Of a stretch of DNA of 64,000 nt, positions 11,848-24,459 are shown piece after piece. Positions within the stretch are counted from its first letter, which is position 1. Each line of letters begins with the position of its first letter. The position numbers and the translations under genes are program-made. The notes below the pieces were generated by a model. That model saw nothing but the letters and a program-made list of their open reading frames with translations, did not search any database and had not been told where the DNA came from. The stretch spans positions 372,001 to 436,000 of the forward strand of contig NW_026515672.1 of assembly GCF_025526975.1 (NCBI RefSeq). Direction: 5' to 3'. This DNA comes from Fimicolochytrium jonesii (lineage: Eukaryota).

Positions 11848-14176
11848 CTAAAGGGGTATCCGGTTCTCCTTCGCATACTGAGATTGAAGGAAGGGGCTAT
11901 GAGTACACGTGTAGGGAAAAAGAGTCCCGGCCCAACGGCTATATCCGCACCTTCTTCATGACCCTGATGATGTACTCCACTTGGGGATTCGCGGTATTCC
12001 TCAGCATCGTGATGGCATCCCGCAGCATCTCTTTCGGCTCATCTCCATGAGTAATCTGTTTGAATAGTCCGATACATGCCCCGCGTTTGCCGTCCCAGTA
12101 TTCTGGATTTGGGTCCAGGCGTTCGAGCACGTCGAAGGCTTTTGCGGAGTAGAAATACTGTTGCATCTGAGAGGAGTGGTCAGGAATCAATGCATCACGC
12201 GATCCAAGCGGGCAAGAGCATCACGGAGGTCCACCACTTACCTTGTAGCAATCATTTGCGATCAGCTGTAGAAGACTGAACGACTCGCCCGATGTCTCCA
12301 TTTTGAGGTAAAGCTCCCAAGCCAGCCTGGGCTTCTTGTTCATGATATCTGGGGATCCAATCGTGAGCGAACGTCGCCATTCAAGGCCCCATCCTTTCGC
12401 TCAACTCACAGCAGCGTGCCAGATGGCTGAGATACGCGTAGTCATGCTTGAATTTCTCATTTTGAAGCGCGAGAAGGACCTCCTCCGCCTCTTCGAATGC
12501 CCCTGTCGCAGCTTTCGCTTGTGCATAGTTGTAGTTGAACGTGTCGTCGTTGTAAAAGTAGCCCTAGCGTCTCACCAGGTCAGCCAAATTTTCAGCTTCA
12601 ATAGTTCCAAAAGATGCGGGCTCACCTTGATCGAGTTCAAGTATATAAGGACATCGTCAAACTGCTTCAGGAGGAAGAAACATGACGCCATGCACTGGCG
12701 TCCAGGAATCGTATCACATTCACTCGCGGACCCGCCGACCAGCTGAAAGTACTGTTGCGCAATCTTCAGATGCTCTCTTGACTCCTGCTCCTGTCCTAAC
12801 GCTGCATTGACGATCCCTTTGAGAATGTATTCTTGAGGTGTTGATGGCTCGACATCCTTCATCAGGTTGAAAGCCGACACGATATCATCGTTCCGCAGGT
12901 GATAGATGACCAAGTTCAAGCGTGCTTCTGGAATCACGTCCAATAGCGGCGGGAAAACTTGCATCGCGCCTTCTCCGTTACGAAACACCACCTGCAGCGT
13001 GATTCTTCTATAAGCACAGATTCAGTGAGTTTGGAAAGAAACGGAAACTTACCAAGTTGTGCTTGATCAGGTCCTCGGCGAAATGAAAGTGTGGCGAATT
13101 CTTCTCCATCATTACCTTGAACTCCTGCTCTGCAGCTTTTCCATTGTAAAGTCGAAAGTGGTTGCAAGCTTTCAAGTTGGTTGCCACTACACTGTCAGGG
13201 AAATGTTGCAGATACACCGACACCACTTCCTGCGAGACATCGTAGTAGTCGAGCTTGTAGTAACACATGGCCACATAGACGTTGATAGCGAGGTACTCGC
13301 GGTTGTCCACCAGAATGCGCTTATAAATATCGATTGCTTCTTGATAGTGACTTCGAAGGTAGTGTATCGATGCGAGGCTCAGCTGATCTGGAAGTCAGCG
13401 ATCGCTCTGCCGGTGACACAACGGCGATAGATCTCACCTGATCTTCAATGACATCTTGAAGATTCTGATGATACCCCATCAAGCGCTTCTCATCGTTGAA
13501 CTTGTGAGACAGATGAAAGAGAAGCCGGTTTTGTAGTTTGCATGATGGGCCTGGAAATGTGAATGAATGAACAAAAACGTTCCCCATGTCTCGCTGCGCA
13601 AAACTTTCCTCACCTTTTTGCGCTTCCTCATCTGCTTCCCGATATAGCCCCAAAAAGAAATAGCAACATGCCAGGTACACATGAAAGACAGGATCAACTT
13701 TCGGTGCCTCCAGCGCTTTCTGATACATCTTACTTGCGAGACATCAACGGGTTACGAGAGCCCAGTGAGGTTTGAGATGCGGCTGTATCGGAACCTCACC
13801 TCCATAGCTTTCTTATGGTCGCTCAGATGGAAAGCGGCGTATGCTATCCATGCCAGTGCGTCAGGGTCTTCCTTTCCTGCAGCAGCATTGAACTATGGTG
13901 GCGAACTGATAGCTCAGACATAGCTTCGCTACAAAATCGTCTGATACAGCATACCTCGAGAAGTGTGATAGCGCCGGTGAAGTCTCGCTTTTCGATAAAC
14001 TCTTCCAATGAAGGTACTGCCTTTTTTGCGGGTCGATTGGGCACTTCGATGTTTGTCCCTTTCGGCCCAGCGTTCAGTGCGGGCTTTGCTCTAGAAAGCA
14101 TCTGCGGTTGAACCATTAGATCATTCGCGTCAGGCAGAGTGCGTTTAAAGTAATTTAGAACGGGAAGTCATACCAT
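11848..14176 (-). CDS. IFT56: Intraflagellar transport protein 56 (TTC26/DYF-13), TPR protein
   Basis: ATG-only first exon, then MLSRAKPA. Motifs [48 protein letters not shown] and [24 protein letters not shown]. Last exon YAKENRIPL*. Confidence 0.96.
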
Positions 14177-16306
14177 CTTGGGCGTAGGTCCGGTTTCAAA
14201 CAAAAAAAATGTACGATGGGCCTGTGGTATGGCTCAAGGATATCACCTTCGAAAGTCGAGGATGCCGGTTGACTTCGGATGCGCGACTTCATCTTACGCG
14301 CTGTCGAAAGTCATTTGCGGACGCGTACTGTAGTCACCCTCGGCACACCCTCTGCACACCCTTTGCGTTGGGCAAAGGTCTCATATCAACAAAAACCCGA
14401 ACTGTGCAGTAACTCAGACGCATCCAATTATGACAAGGTCACTAACCCTGGATAACGAGCTTCAGCCGGCGAAGAATAATTGCAACCGAAAAAAATCTAT
14501 AGAATAATTACAGCATCGACATAACATCAAGGAGGGCTAAAGTTTTGACGGAAGATGCCAGAAGATATGAGCCCCCAACCGTTGCTGACCCCTTCCGATA
14601 CACCTGGTTATCTCCGTCTTCTCTGCGTAGAGATCTTCAGAATTCCCAGTAATGCGACTTGCCAGTCCACGGGGCGTCATCAAATAAAATTGCGGCGAAC
14701 TTATTCGAATCGTCTTATTGAAGTAGGCGGAGATGTTGTAGTATGCGAAGTAACCAGATGCGAAGATGATTCCAAGCTGGGTGCTGTCGGAAAAGTTTTC
14801 TTTGGGGGCACCGAAATGTTGAGGTAAGCAACGTAACCGGATGCGATGGTACTTCCGAGCTGGGTGCTCTTCTCAAAGAAGACTTTGGCGACAGTGCAGG
14901 AGTTGGCGGTTCAGCTACAGGACGAAGGTGGTGAGTCGACCGGTTAGCTCTTGCTATTCAGACCGACCATACCTTGCCATCGCTTGATGAGGATTCGCTA
15001 CGCCTGCGTAGGATATTGAGTATGTGATTTCTTTAGATGCAACACGAAATGCTGCGAACCATCTCTCGAACTTACCAACCGACTTGCCCAGATTGAGCAT
15101 CGCCGTGCGGCCATTACGACTTCCAGTGCATCGATAGTCTTCAATCTGCTTTCCAGCCAAACTTCTTGTGGTGCTGGGAGCGGTGGTGGTGGAGAGCCGG
15201 TGGCCCGAGGGTTGGCGGAGGGCGGGTCGAGGAAGTCCGCCTTGTGGTGACGGCGGCGCGCAAAGGCCACAGCGCACTGCCCCCATCCCGTCGCCACTCG
15301 CCATCATGGAACCTGCCCATATGAGGTCCAAGTTCCCAAGCAAGCACCAACGCTATACATATGCGCATAGATGAACATGACAACATAAGATACAAGGAAT
15401 GTGAGCTTGAAGGCCCACGTAAGACAGCCACAAAGCAGCAGAATAATTACCGATTTGGTCTTGGCTTTCAATTTTCGCCTCGACCATCAACAAACCGGCG
15501 TTCCTCTGATTGATGTACTTCCTTTCTTGCGCGACCCCCGCAGGCAAACAGGGGACGGCGACGTGTCGCGACGCCCTGATACAAATCTGCGAGACGTGCG
15601 AAAATCCCTGGTGTGGAGTCGGCAGCGTGAAGGTCCTTGCGGAAGCTCGTTTGAAACGCCGGTATGCGGTACCCATGGCACTCGTACGTTACGTCTCGTA
15701 AACCTTCACGGCAGCATTTGCCAAGCGGTACATCCTCGTCGTCCGATCTTTCCCCAGGCTGCGTCTGGGAGAGGAAGCTGCTCAGTCATTTCATGCTGTC
15801 GGCAGTGCACTATTTTGCAAATGTCAGCGCACTACTTCAAGAAAGCTGTCCGGTTGGAAGGACTGGTTGCTGAAGTTCCCTGGAATGGGAAAAGCCGGGT
15901 AGTAGATTGACACGGCGCTCTTCAGGATCCGGGCGCATTCCTCTGGCGTACGGCAGCTGAATTCAGTGTAGCCAAGAGCATCTCGTACCGGTGCAACCAG
16001 CCCTCCGCGGTGTGTTCGTTGCGACTTGGTCCAGATCTGCGGTCGCTGCCGTCGTCCGCGGCTATCTTTCCAAGATGATAACGGACACCTTGCTAGGTGT
16101 TTGAAAATTGCAGGTTTCGAAGAGGTACTAACGGAGAAGCGACGGACCACGTTGAGGATGAATCTTCCAGGAGAAGATCGAGAAATCGGCTTCAGCGGCA
16201 AGAAGAGCGGAAGGGTAACTTTAGGGAAGCTCGGAAGCGCAAATCTTCGGATTCATCTTGCCACTATAGCTGATTTGTCGTCCATGCTGGTAAACGCAAA
16301 TGTTGA

Positions 16307-16324
16307 CCCCCCCCCCCCCCCCCC
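16307..16324. repeat. C18 homopolymer (G18 on minus strand)
   Basis: 18 consecutive C in a region with no recognised gene. Confidence 0.9.
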
Positions 16325-17062
16325 AAGATGGACCTGCCAGAGCCGTCTTTCCGATGCAGCGGACAATATTTCGGAGAAGACGTTCCATATACCACGTCAC
16401 GAGGTTCTCCTGATTGTTAACCAAGTTGCCGAAACCCCTTCTATTTGTATTCTTTGAGACAGAAGACGATCAAAGCGTAGTCCAAGTCGTACACTCTTTG
16501 ACCAATGTCTGCGCCCACCTGCGGATGAGGGAGGATACGGGTGGGCGGAGACATCGGTCACAGATTGGACATCGTTGACCGCAAACTATCCCAGGGATTC
16601 GACATTTCTGCGATGCCTGCAACATTTGCGACGTTGATGTCGTCCAACTGTAGAGGTAAGAGATCACCTAAAACAACGTGAACAGCCAAACCAAGGCGAG
16701 ACACGTTTCTTCCCACGTCTACCTCATAGCGAAGATACTTCTGGTTCCAAGGTGCGCAACATGTGATCCCACTTACCAAACCGCTTTCAACGGAAATGCC
16801 AAGCGGAAGCTTATCAGGGCGTCACTGCGAATTGCCGACCAGTCGCCACCGTCGTCAGAGTTGCTGCTCTGTGCTTCCGGTTCTCGCTCGCCAACTCTTG
16901 AGAAACCTCATGCCTCGGGCTTGGGTCAACTCGCCCCTCTCGCCCAGCCTCTCGCCCGCCGTCGACACAATCGACGCGTTTCGAAGTTTCGAAGTTTTGG
17001 GGACAAGCCTGGGACAAGCCAGCTCTCAAGTTGAGTCTCAACCTTCCCGCAACTTCGCCATA

Positions 17063-17696
17063 ATGAAAACCCAGAGAATTCAGTCTTCAGAAGCGTTCGA
17101 CGCTACCGTCAAGGAGACCGTCGCCAATGCCCCCGGACGGGTATTTATTTTATTGTTTGGTGCGTAGTGGAGGCGGGAAGCTGAGGGTTCGACAATGGCC
17201 GGCACCAATCACTTTCGTTCCGTTCTCATCGGCGTTGATATTATCGCTACAGGCACGGAGGACGAGAAAACGGGAGAGTCATGGTGCCCCGACTGCGTTA
17301 TCGCAGACCCGTTAGTCCGCAAACACGTCAGGCAGGTGGCCGACTCGACTTTGCTTGAAGTGCCCGTCGGCGCTCGTTCTGCGTGAGTGGCGCTTCCTTA
17401 TCTTCGCGGGGTGCGCTAACTGCGAAAAGGGAGTGGACTCACAGCGCAACTGTTTGAACTAGTTGGAGGAGTCCGGACAACTTTTACCGCTCCCATCCCC
17501 AGCTGAAACTGACAGCTGTCCCTACCCTGTTCGAATGGGGCAAGGTGAGGAAAAATGCAATGCGACCGGCGTGTGCGCGGAAGCACGTCGAGAACTGATC
17601 CATCATGCCAATTCCGATCATCAGGACGGGCCCATCAAGAGTCTGGTGGAGGATGATGTGAACAACGTCGAGTTGCTTGAGAGATTCTTGGCGTAG
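17063..17696 (+). CDS. TXNDC17: Thioredoxin domain-containing protein 17 (TRP14/DUF953)
   Basis: Spliced: FILLFG|TEDEKTGESWCPDCVIADPLV...VGARSA|WRSPDNFYRSHPQLKLTAVPTL. WCPDC redox motif. Confidence 0.9.
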
Positions 17697-18069
17697 GGAG
17701 CTTCATGCATTGAATTCGGAGGAAGAAGGGCATGGGTTGCATTCGCCCACCGCACACAAGCAGATTGCGAGGGCGTCAGAACAGACTAGTTAGCTTGAGA
17801 ACTAGTCTCGTCATCGCGCACGCATTCGAACCCTTCTCACTACAACGGCGTGTATAAGGTTCACACAACCAAGTTGCTAGAATAAGCAAGGGTGGATTCC
17901 CTCATATGCACATTGCAACAACTCAGATCAGATAAGAACTCCAACGTTTGAATACATGTACATTCAAACACGTTCGTATCTTGTTTAGTAGAAGTATAGT
18001 GCACAAATGGCAGTTAGGTGTGCGGGTGCGGGTGTGTGGTGGGTATATGTCCAAAATGTGTATGTTTCA

Positions 18070-20604
18070 TCAGGCAACTTGATCTTTCATGCCGCTCACA
18101 CGGCGCTGGCTATGCAACATAGCATCATGCTGGTGCGACGTCTTATTCGAAGAGTGGCCGAGATTGGTTTCCGACTTCCGCGGAGCGAGCGGCGGTGAGG
18201 TCGGCGTGGGGAAGTACTGTCCGTTGATACTGCCTTTCACTGCGGAGGTGTGGGCCGAGTGCGGGCTTGCCGGCAGATCTGGCGGAATCACACTCGCGGG
18301 ATGCGGGTTGTGATCAGTTCCCCTCGGCCCCAGATCTGATCTTGTCAAGCTCTTGCTCCTCCGTTTCGTCAGTACCGGTTGACCAACCGACGCACCCTCG
18401 CTCTTCACACTCCGCACACCCTTCCGCCGTTTCTTGCGATCCTCGGGACGGCGGTGACTCCTATGCGTCCCGCTACTCGTTGTGTCGCTTACGGTATGCG
18501 CCGCGTTGGGGTATACATCCAGGCTCTGTGCTCCTCGATATCCCATTTCGGCCATGCGTTGGTCAAGGCCTGGACTGAGCAGACCTTGTGGGATGTTGAC
18601 GCCGGGTGGAAGTTTGAGTTTGATGACGTTCCGGGTACGCCAGGACCTTGTGCTGTTCGTGTAATTGGATGCAGGTGACGTCGAGTTCGATGGGAAGCCG
18701 TTGAGGTAAGCCAGAGGGGGTGGGGATGTGGCAATCGAGGTAGGTTCTGTACCGGCAACCACAGTAGTAGAGCCATGGCTCGCTGTCCGAGACATAGCAA
18801 TTGGTCGGCTATGATGCTCTGCGGCTTTTAACTTGTCTTTTACGGCAGCAGGTTGCGATGAAGCGTCCTGCGCTCTTCGTTTCCCTTTTGAGAATGGGAA
18901 GCGAATTGGATGTGCGCGGAACGCAAGGTGGCTGATGTCCTCACTCTGCGTATGTGGGGTCAGCGTGAGATTTGAACTCATCAAATTAGCGAGATGAGCT
19001 GCACGGGGGTTGTCTGTGGGCCGGAGGACAATGCCGGCAGGGATTGCCGTGATCACTGGCAGATGAGGATGCTGATGGGACGTAGGCGATGTCCCAGGAT
19101 CTGAGAAGGCGGATAAGGTATCGAAGTGTGCATCGTCCCCGAAGTCGGAATGGGCACCATCATCAGGAGAGATGAAAGCACCGTTATGGTGAACTTGATG
19201 CCGGCTGTCGTCCTCATCGTAAGCGAGGTACGAGGGATCAGTCATGGGTGATACTTGGCAGTGCTTTTGTCGGGAATTCGGGAGATTGAGCGTAAGGCCG
19301 TATTTCCGATCATGACCACAGTTCCTATCATCACCGCCGCCATGGAAGTCGGAAGCCCAGTCGGTTCCAAAGTCTGTATTCAGACTCATTGAGCTCATCG
19401 CTCTTAGTGGTATCCTTGGTCGTGTGGAAAGATTCTGGTAACCGGCGTACCCTGCGCGGACCGACTCGGCTGGATTCGACGCGGCGGCACGCATCGTGTG
19501 GTTGGTACTCGCCGTGAACCTCGTACTCGCCGTGTCATGGCTTGATATGCTAGCTTGCCGGAAAAGCGGCGGCCTGCCGTCGTGCGAGTTATATAGACTG
19601 CGGGAATCCACTAAGGTAGAATCACCCTCGCTTCCATATTTTTCCCACAACTGCACCCGCGTGACGGCGAGTGCACCGATGGATAGGCCTGGGACAAACA
19701 GGTTTCTCAATCCCATATCGGTCGCGCCGCAAGAAACGCTTAGGTTACGGTAGAAATAGTACCCATGGACCCAGGCATCGTCATCATCGTCATCGGACAC
19801 GTCGTTCCCCACCCATTTCTGACGATGCTGTCGCGTCTGATCATGATTGAATGCCCTCGTCAAGGTCGGGGTAGTTACGAAAGAATCGTCTCCATGATAG
19901 CCGCTATCTAGCGACAGCAGATCTTCGTCCTTATGATTTCCGCTTCGATCTGGGTACCCAGAACTATGGCTCGCAAAACCGGAGGTTTCTGGTGCGTTGT
20001 TCTTTTGGCTGAGATAGACAAGCGACAGGTTATGTATCAGAGCCGGTAGGTCTTCTTGAAACATCTTTCGTAGTAGCGTTTCGATCTGCGACTGGAGAAA
20101 TCGGCGGATGTTGGGTATGTTGTCGAACGTCGAATTCACATCGACCTTCTCCAGAGGATCATTCTTGAAGACCAGGGTGACGCCCTTGTGCTTATCTACA
20201 ACGAGCACAATAATCCCCCTTAAGAGAAGATTGCTGATCTTAAGTCGCATCGGCACCACCAGCGGCCAGTTCGCCGCTAATACCGACGGGCCACGGTTCT
20301 CATTTATTTTCAATCCTGCTTTTGGCGCTTTCAACGGGTTCGCCTGTACGCTGGTCATGAGCTCCAGGTAGGCGTCCCCGTTGTATCCCATTTTGAAGAT
20401 CCCCCTAAAACGGTCCTCCTGCAATTCGCCTATTTCGAGAATCTCCAAATCTGGCGGCTTTGTTCCCATGTTCAGCTCGTGAACAACGATCTGCCCAGCA
20501 ATTTTCTCCGGCTTTTCGCCTTTGTTCAGGGCGGTGGTGAGCTGCTGCTTTGCCTTCTCCATGAACTCGGGAGAGAACGACGGCCAGTTGAGCTTGAATG
20601 ACAT
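18070..20604 (-). CDS. MDM34: ERMES subunit Mdm34 (SMP domain) with long disordered C-terminus
   Basis: MSFKLNWPSF..., MGTKPPDLEILEIGEL..DRFRGIFKMGYNGDA, KGVTLVFKNDPLEKVDVNSTFD, EDLPALIHNLS. Continuous 844-aa ORF. Confidence 0.95.
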   Translation of the reverse strand: MSFKLNWPSFSPEFMEKAKQQLTTALNKGEKPEKIAGQIVVHELNMGTKPPDLEILEIGELQEDRFRGIFKMGYNGDAYLELMTSVQANPLKAPKAGLKINENRGPSVLAANWPLVVPMRLKISNLLLRGIIVLVVDKHKGVTLVFKNDPLEKVDVNSTFDNIPNIRRFLQSQIETLLRKMFQEDLPALIHNLSLVYLSQKNNAPETSGFASHSSGYPDRSGNHKDEDLLSLDSGYHGDDSFVTTPTLTRAFNHDQTRQHRQKWVGNDVSDDDDDDAWVHGYYFYRNLSVSCGATDMGLRNLFVPGLSIGALAVTRVQLWEKYGSEGDSTLVDSRSLYNSHDGRPPLFRQASISSHDTASTRFTASTNHTMRAAASNPAESVRAGYAGYQNLSTRPRIPLRAMSSMSLNTDFGTDWASDFHGGGDDRNCGHDRKYGLTLNLPNSRQKHCQVSPMTDPSYLAYDEDDSRHQVHHNGAFISPDDGAHSDFGDDAHFDTLSAFSDPGTSPTSHQHPHLPVITAIPAGIVLRPTDNPRAAHLANLMSSNLTLTPHTQSEDISHLAFRAHPIRFPFSKGKRRAQDASSQPAAVKDKLKAAEHHSRPIAMSRTASHGSTTVVAGTEPTSIATSPPPLAYLNGFPSNSTSPASNYTNSTRSWRTRNVIKLKLPPGVNIPQGLLSPGLDQRMAEMGYRGAQSLDVYPNAAHTVSDTTSSGTHRSHRRPEDRKKRRKGVRSVKSEGASVGQPVLTKRRSKSLTRSDLGPRGTDHNPHPASVIPPDLPASPHSAHTSAVKGSINGQYFPTPTSPPLAPRKSETNLGHSSNKTSHQHDAMLHSQRRVSGMKDQVA

Positions 20605-21244
20605 GATGAAAGTCCGAGCGGCAGGTGAGATGAAAGAACCCGAGGTTGTCGGCCGGGCATATGAGATGTTCGGCCGTCAGCGACGCTCTGCGGTTACTCG
20701 CCCTCCACGTTGCAAGTATTCCTAAGGAGCAAGTAATTGGTTTCGAACTCGAGTCCCCGCCGGTGGTTTGAAATGCTCTACTTTGGGAGTCCCTCGTCAA
20801 GCCGTCGAAACGTTTGGGCAGAACAACTATGCGAACTATGTGACAATAAAGGCTAATGACGAGTACTCTCCCAAAGAAACTGCCTTGTGCTTAACACCGA
20901 TGATGTTCGATGTGAGTTTGGCACTTATGTAGCACGCTAGCGGAGAGTGTGTCCAGTATCGTACCGACGGTTAATGTGGGAAAAAAGCCCAGAACCCAAA
21001 GAACAGAAAGAACGCGGTAACAACCTCACTCGACGGAAACCAACAGCAGACCAACCTGCCTGATGAAACACCGACGAGCTCGACAACGTCATTGGCCCAA
21101 AAGACGCCTACCCGATTTTGGCGGTAACCCCCAACAACCTTCTACAAGCCCTGCGCCGAGCTTCGCAGAGTAAACGGGTGGATATAGAGCGACACGGACG
21201 GCCGACAAGGAAACTGAGCCAGCCAAAGGAAAACTCTTGGCGAA

Positions 21245-22585
21245 ATGAGCTCCGTCCACGCTAGTAGTCTTGAAGCTGTAGCAAAAGCTTCTGAAGTGCC
21301 TTCTGGGGTGTATCACGATGACTATGTTTTTCCCAAAACGAAGCTAGCACTAGGTTTGCCTTTCTCCTCTGAAGTCCATGTCCTGCAGGATAAACGAAGG
21401 TGCTCACACGGCACATATTTAGATCAGCCGGAAACCTCCCCGGGAAAGACCCCGTTGGTTGCTATAGCTTGTGGCTCGTTTTCGCCTGTAACGAACCTTC
21501 ATCTGAGAATTTTCGGTACTTTCTGAGTGACAATCGAAGTGGGCGTGATTACTGAGGGCAGCGGTTCTCAAATCCACATTCTCCAAATAGAAATGGCGAA
21601 GGACCACTTCGCAGACCACGACCACTACTATTTATGCGGCGGCTACATGTCACCCGTATCCGACGCCTACAACAAAGCTGGGCTCGTTGGATGGGAGGAT
21701 CGCGTGCAGATGTGCGAAGCGGCGCTAAATGACAGCGATTGGATCATGGTCGATCCGTGGGAAAGTCGGCAAAAGGAATGGCAACGGACAGCGTGGGTGT
21801 TGGATCACTTCGATGTCATGATAAACGGGAAGGATAAACGGGGGCATTTGCTGCCAGATGGTTAGTCGGGTTGGCAATCCACTGAGCGGGGCATAGTTCG
21901 CGGGGGGCTCATCATCTCAACGCAGGAACCCGACGCAAAGTGCACATCATGCTGCTGGCAGGGAGTGATGTGATACAATCGTTTACCGTGCCAAAGCTGT
22001 GGCGTGAGGAAGATGTAAGTACGATGCCAAAGTCGTGGCGTGAGGAAGTTGTAAGCTCCTTTGCCTATGTTCTCGCAAGTGAACGCGGGGTCTCATCTCG
22101 TTGCTCACTACAGCTGCACCATATTGTGGGGCACTTTGGATGCATCATCATCGAGAGACAAGGAGCGGACGTTGGGGAGTTCCTTTTGAAGGACGATATT
22201 CTCTATCAGCACAGGGTCGGTTGCACAATGCCACTTAGGGAAAGAAGCTTGCATATTTCTCAATCAAGTGCGTCTTTGCAGAAAATGATCCATCTCATCA
22301 AGCAATATATTTCAAATGACATCTCTTCGACAAAGATTAGGTAGATTGGGCCAGGCCATTTGTATGCATCTTCTACCGGTTCTAATACGCTAACGGCTAT
22401 GATTTTTTAGACTGCTCGTGAAACGCAAGCGTTCCATCAAGTACCTTCTGCCAGATGCAGTGATAGATCATATTTTTAAGAACGGGCTATGGGGTGCAGA
22501 ACCCAAGAAACGGCGCGCGACAGACACAGAAGTTGACATGATCCCGTCAGTCATGGATGGCGTGAAGAAGCGGAGGAGAGGATGA
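21245..22585 (+). CDS. NMNAT: Nicotinamide/nicotinate mononucleotide adenylyltransferase
   Basis: ACGSFSPVTNLHLRIFE, SPVSDAYNKAGL, VDPWESRQ, LLAGSDVIQSF, NDISSTKIR, SIKYLLPD. Basic C-terminus PKKRR...KKRRRG*. Confidence 0.95.
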
Positions 22586-22721
22586 TTACATTCGGGCGTA
22601 GGCAGCAATTTTTTCAACTCGGTAGATGCATATTTCTCGACAGAATGCTAGAACGACACAGTATGGAGAATGGGGCTACATAGCTACATATTCACAAGAA
22701 ACGGGCGAACGAGCGCAGGAT

Positions 22722-23334
22722 TTAGAACGCGTGTCGGCGTGCAAGGACCTCTTCTTCGCCGCTGTTGAGCGTATCGGCCATGCCGAACGTATCAGTGCTG
22801 CAAAGCAATAGCCGAGGGGACCGTTAGTAGGAGAAGCCATCACGCAGAGGTGTTTTATTCAGTTTATGAGGGTTCGCTAACATACCGCAGCTTCCCACGA
22901 ATACTGTCGTCCTCCGCCGGAGCAGCTCGCGTACCATGGGGGGGTCGCTCAACATCCGCCGTGTTCGCGTATTCACTGCGTCGCAAATCGCGGTCCTCAG
23001 CTTCCGGCACGAACGTGGAGGGCTTCTCGGTAATGGGCCTCACATTCTGAGGCACGGGCTGCTCCTCCACGTGCTCTTCCAGCTGTTGCTCCATCAGCTT
23101 CTACCCTCACTAAAGCTCATGCAGAACAGCTATCCAGGCACTCACGTGAGCATAAGTTTTCTGGGTAAGCGGATGCTTCTCCTTCATACGTTCCGCATAG
23201 TACCTTCGTTCTTCTTCGGAGATCTCTTGCTGCTTTCGAGGAGACAGATCCATGAACTCGCGGATGTCGTTGCGGACGTTGGACGAGGGCGGTGTGATGT
23301 AGCGTTGGTATTCGGATTCGCCGGGGGCGCTCAT
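22722..23334 (-). CDS. Small hydrophilic hypothetical protein (3 exons)
   Basis: ORFs 23110-23334 and 22864-23094 join through GTGAG..AG and GTATG..CAG introns in a consistent frame, ending ...VLARRHAF*. Confidence 0.6.
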
Positions 23335-23888
23335 GGCTGGATGCTATTGGTTTGAAGATGCTGAGTTTTGGGTTTTTTCTGACAGGCTCTTGATATCGTA
23401 TTTTGACTCTGCTGCTTGAGCTACGAAGCTATAAACTGCGTTACGTATATTGTCACCCCACAGCTTTTACACTCGTCGACTTGTCGGGCAGTGGGCTCGC
23501 CTCTCGCAGTGACGCAACGGATACGCGCTGTCGAGTTTTGTTACTTCGTCCGCCTTTTGTCGGCGGGAAGAGTGCTCATACACTCACCGGAGTGGCAATA
23601 ACCGTTGAATACATACTACCAGCAGAGTTCTGTTCATGAAAATGAACTGGTCTTCCTCCTTTTCTTGGTCAGATTGCTTCTATGATCTGTTTCTAAGGCA
23701 AGATTAGGGACTTGTCAATCTCCGGGATAGTTCGAAGGAGGTCTTTGCGAATCGATATGTGTTGTGGAAGGATGAGATGACTGGAAACGAATGCGAGATC
23801 GGAAGCTTTTGGCTGCGTCTTGTGAGCGGGTAGTGAGGTTGGGACTTTCTTGAGGACTTGCGACTTGTGAGGATACTTTTCCAACTAC

Positions 23889-23928
23889 CGGTTTAAGCCC
23901 GGTTTAGAGAGAAACCGGCCTTAAACCG
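23889..23928. repeat. Near-perfect inverted repeat (17-nt arms, one mismatch, 6-nt loop), possible transposon-end relic
   Basis: CGGTTTAAG-C-CCGGTTT / AGAGAG / AAACCGG-C-CTTAAACCG, with further AAACCGG/AAACTGG motifs to about 24040. Confidence 0.75.
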
Positions 23929-24459
23929 ATCATTAGAAATTAACAGAAACTGGTTGTTTTCCACGGGGCCTACGAAAAAAAAACTGGAAGCTGCTTTAGC
24001 CCCATGTTGCAAAACCGGCAATTCCAGTAAAACCCGGGACCAGACCAGGCAGGATGATGGCCATGCAAAGAAAATGACGGGTGACGCGCTGTCGTATTTG
24101 ATAGTTCAAACGGCATCATTTAGGGTGCCCGTTGTAGGTGCGATTTACGACACACCCGGAAGACGCAGACGATTCTGGCTTTCAATGAGAGTTTCTTACT
24201 ACGGATCATGCACCCTTTTTGGTTATATCACAGGAACTTTACATTATGAGAGCACCCATCTGATTCGTCATCCCACGTAACATCGTCCCTTTCTTTGCCA
24301 AATTCGCCAGTAAAGGAAACCTCTTCTGCAATATAAGCATCTACCCCACTATCGATTTACTGCCCCACTCGCCGAGTATCCCGTCCCGCGCAAGCGACAT
24401 GTTCGGCGACGGGCCCTCGAATCGGAAGCCGACCCCATCTCGCAGCCGCGCCCCCGTTC

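Noticed and set aside
14430..14460. RFX X-box upstream of IFT56
   Set aside because: Only a half-site (GGATAAC) is present, with no convincing palindromic match.
17280..17297. Selenocysteine in the redox proteins (TXNDC17; also DsbA-like at about 45934)
   Set aside because: Both CxxC motifs use TGC/TGT codons, with no in-frame TGA.
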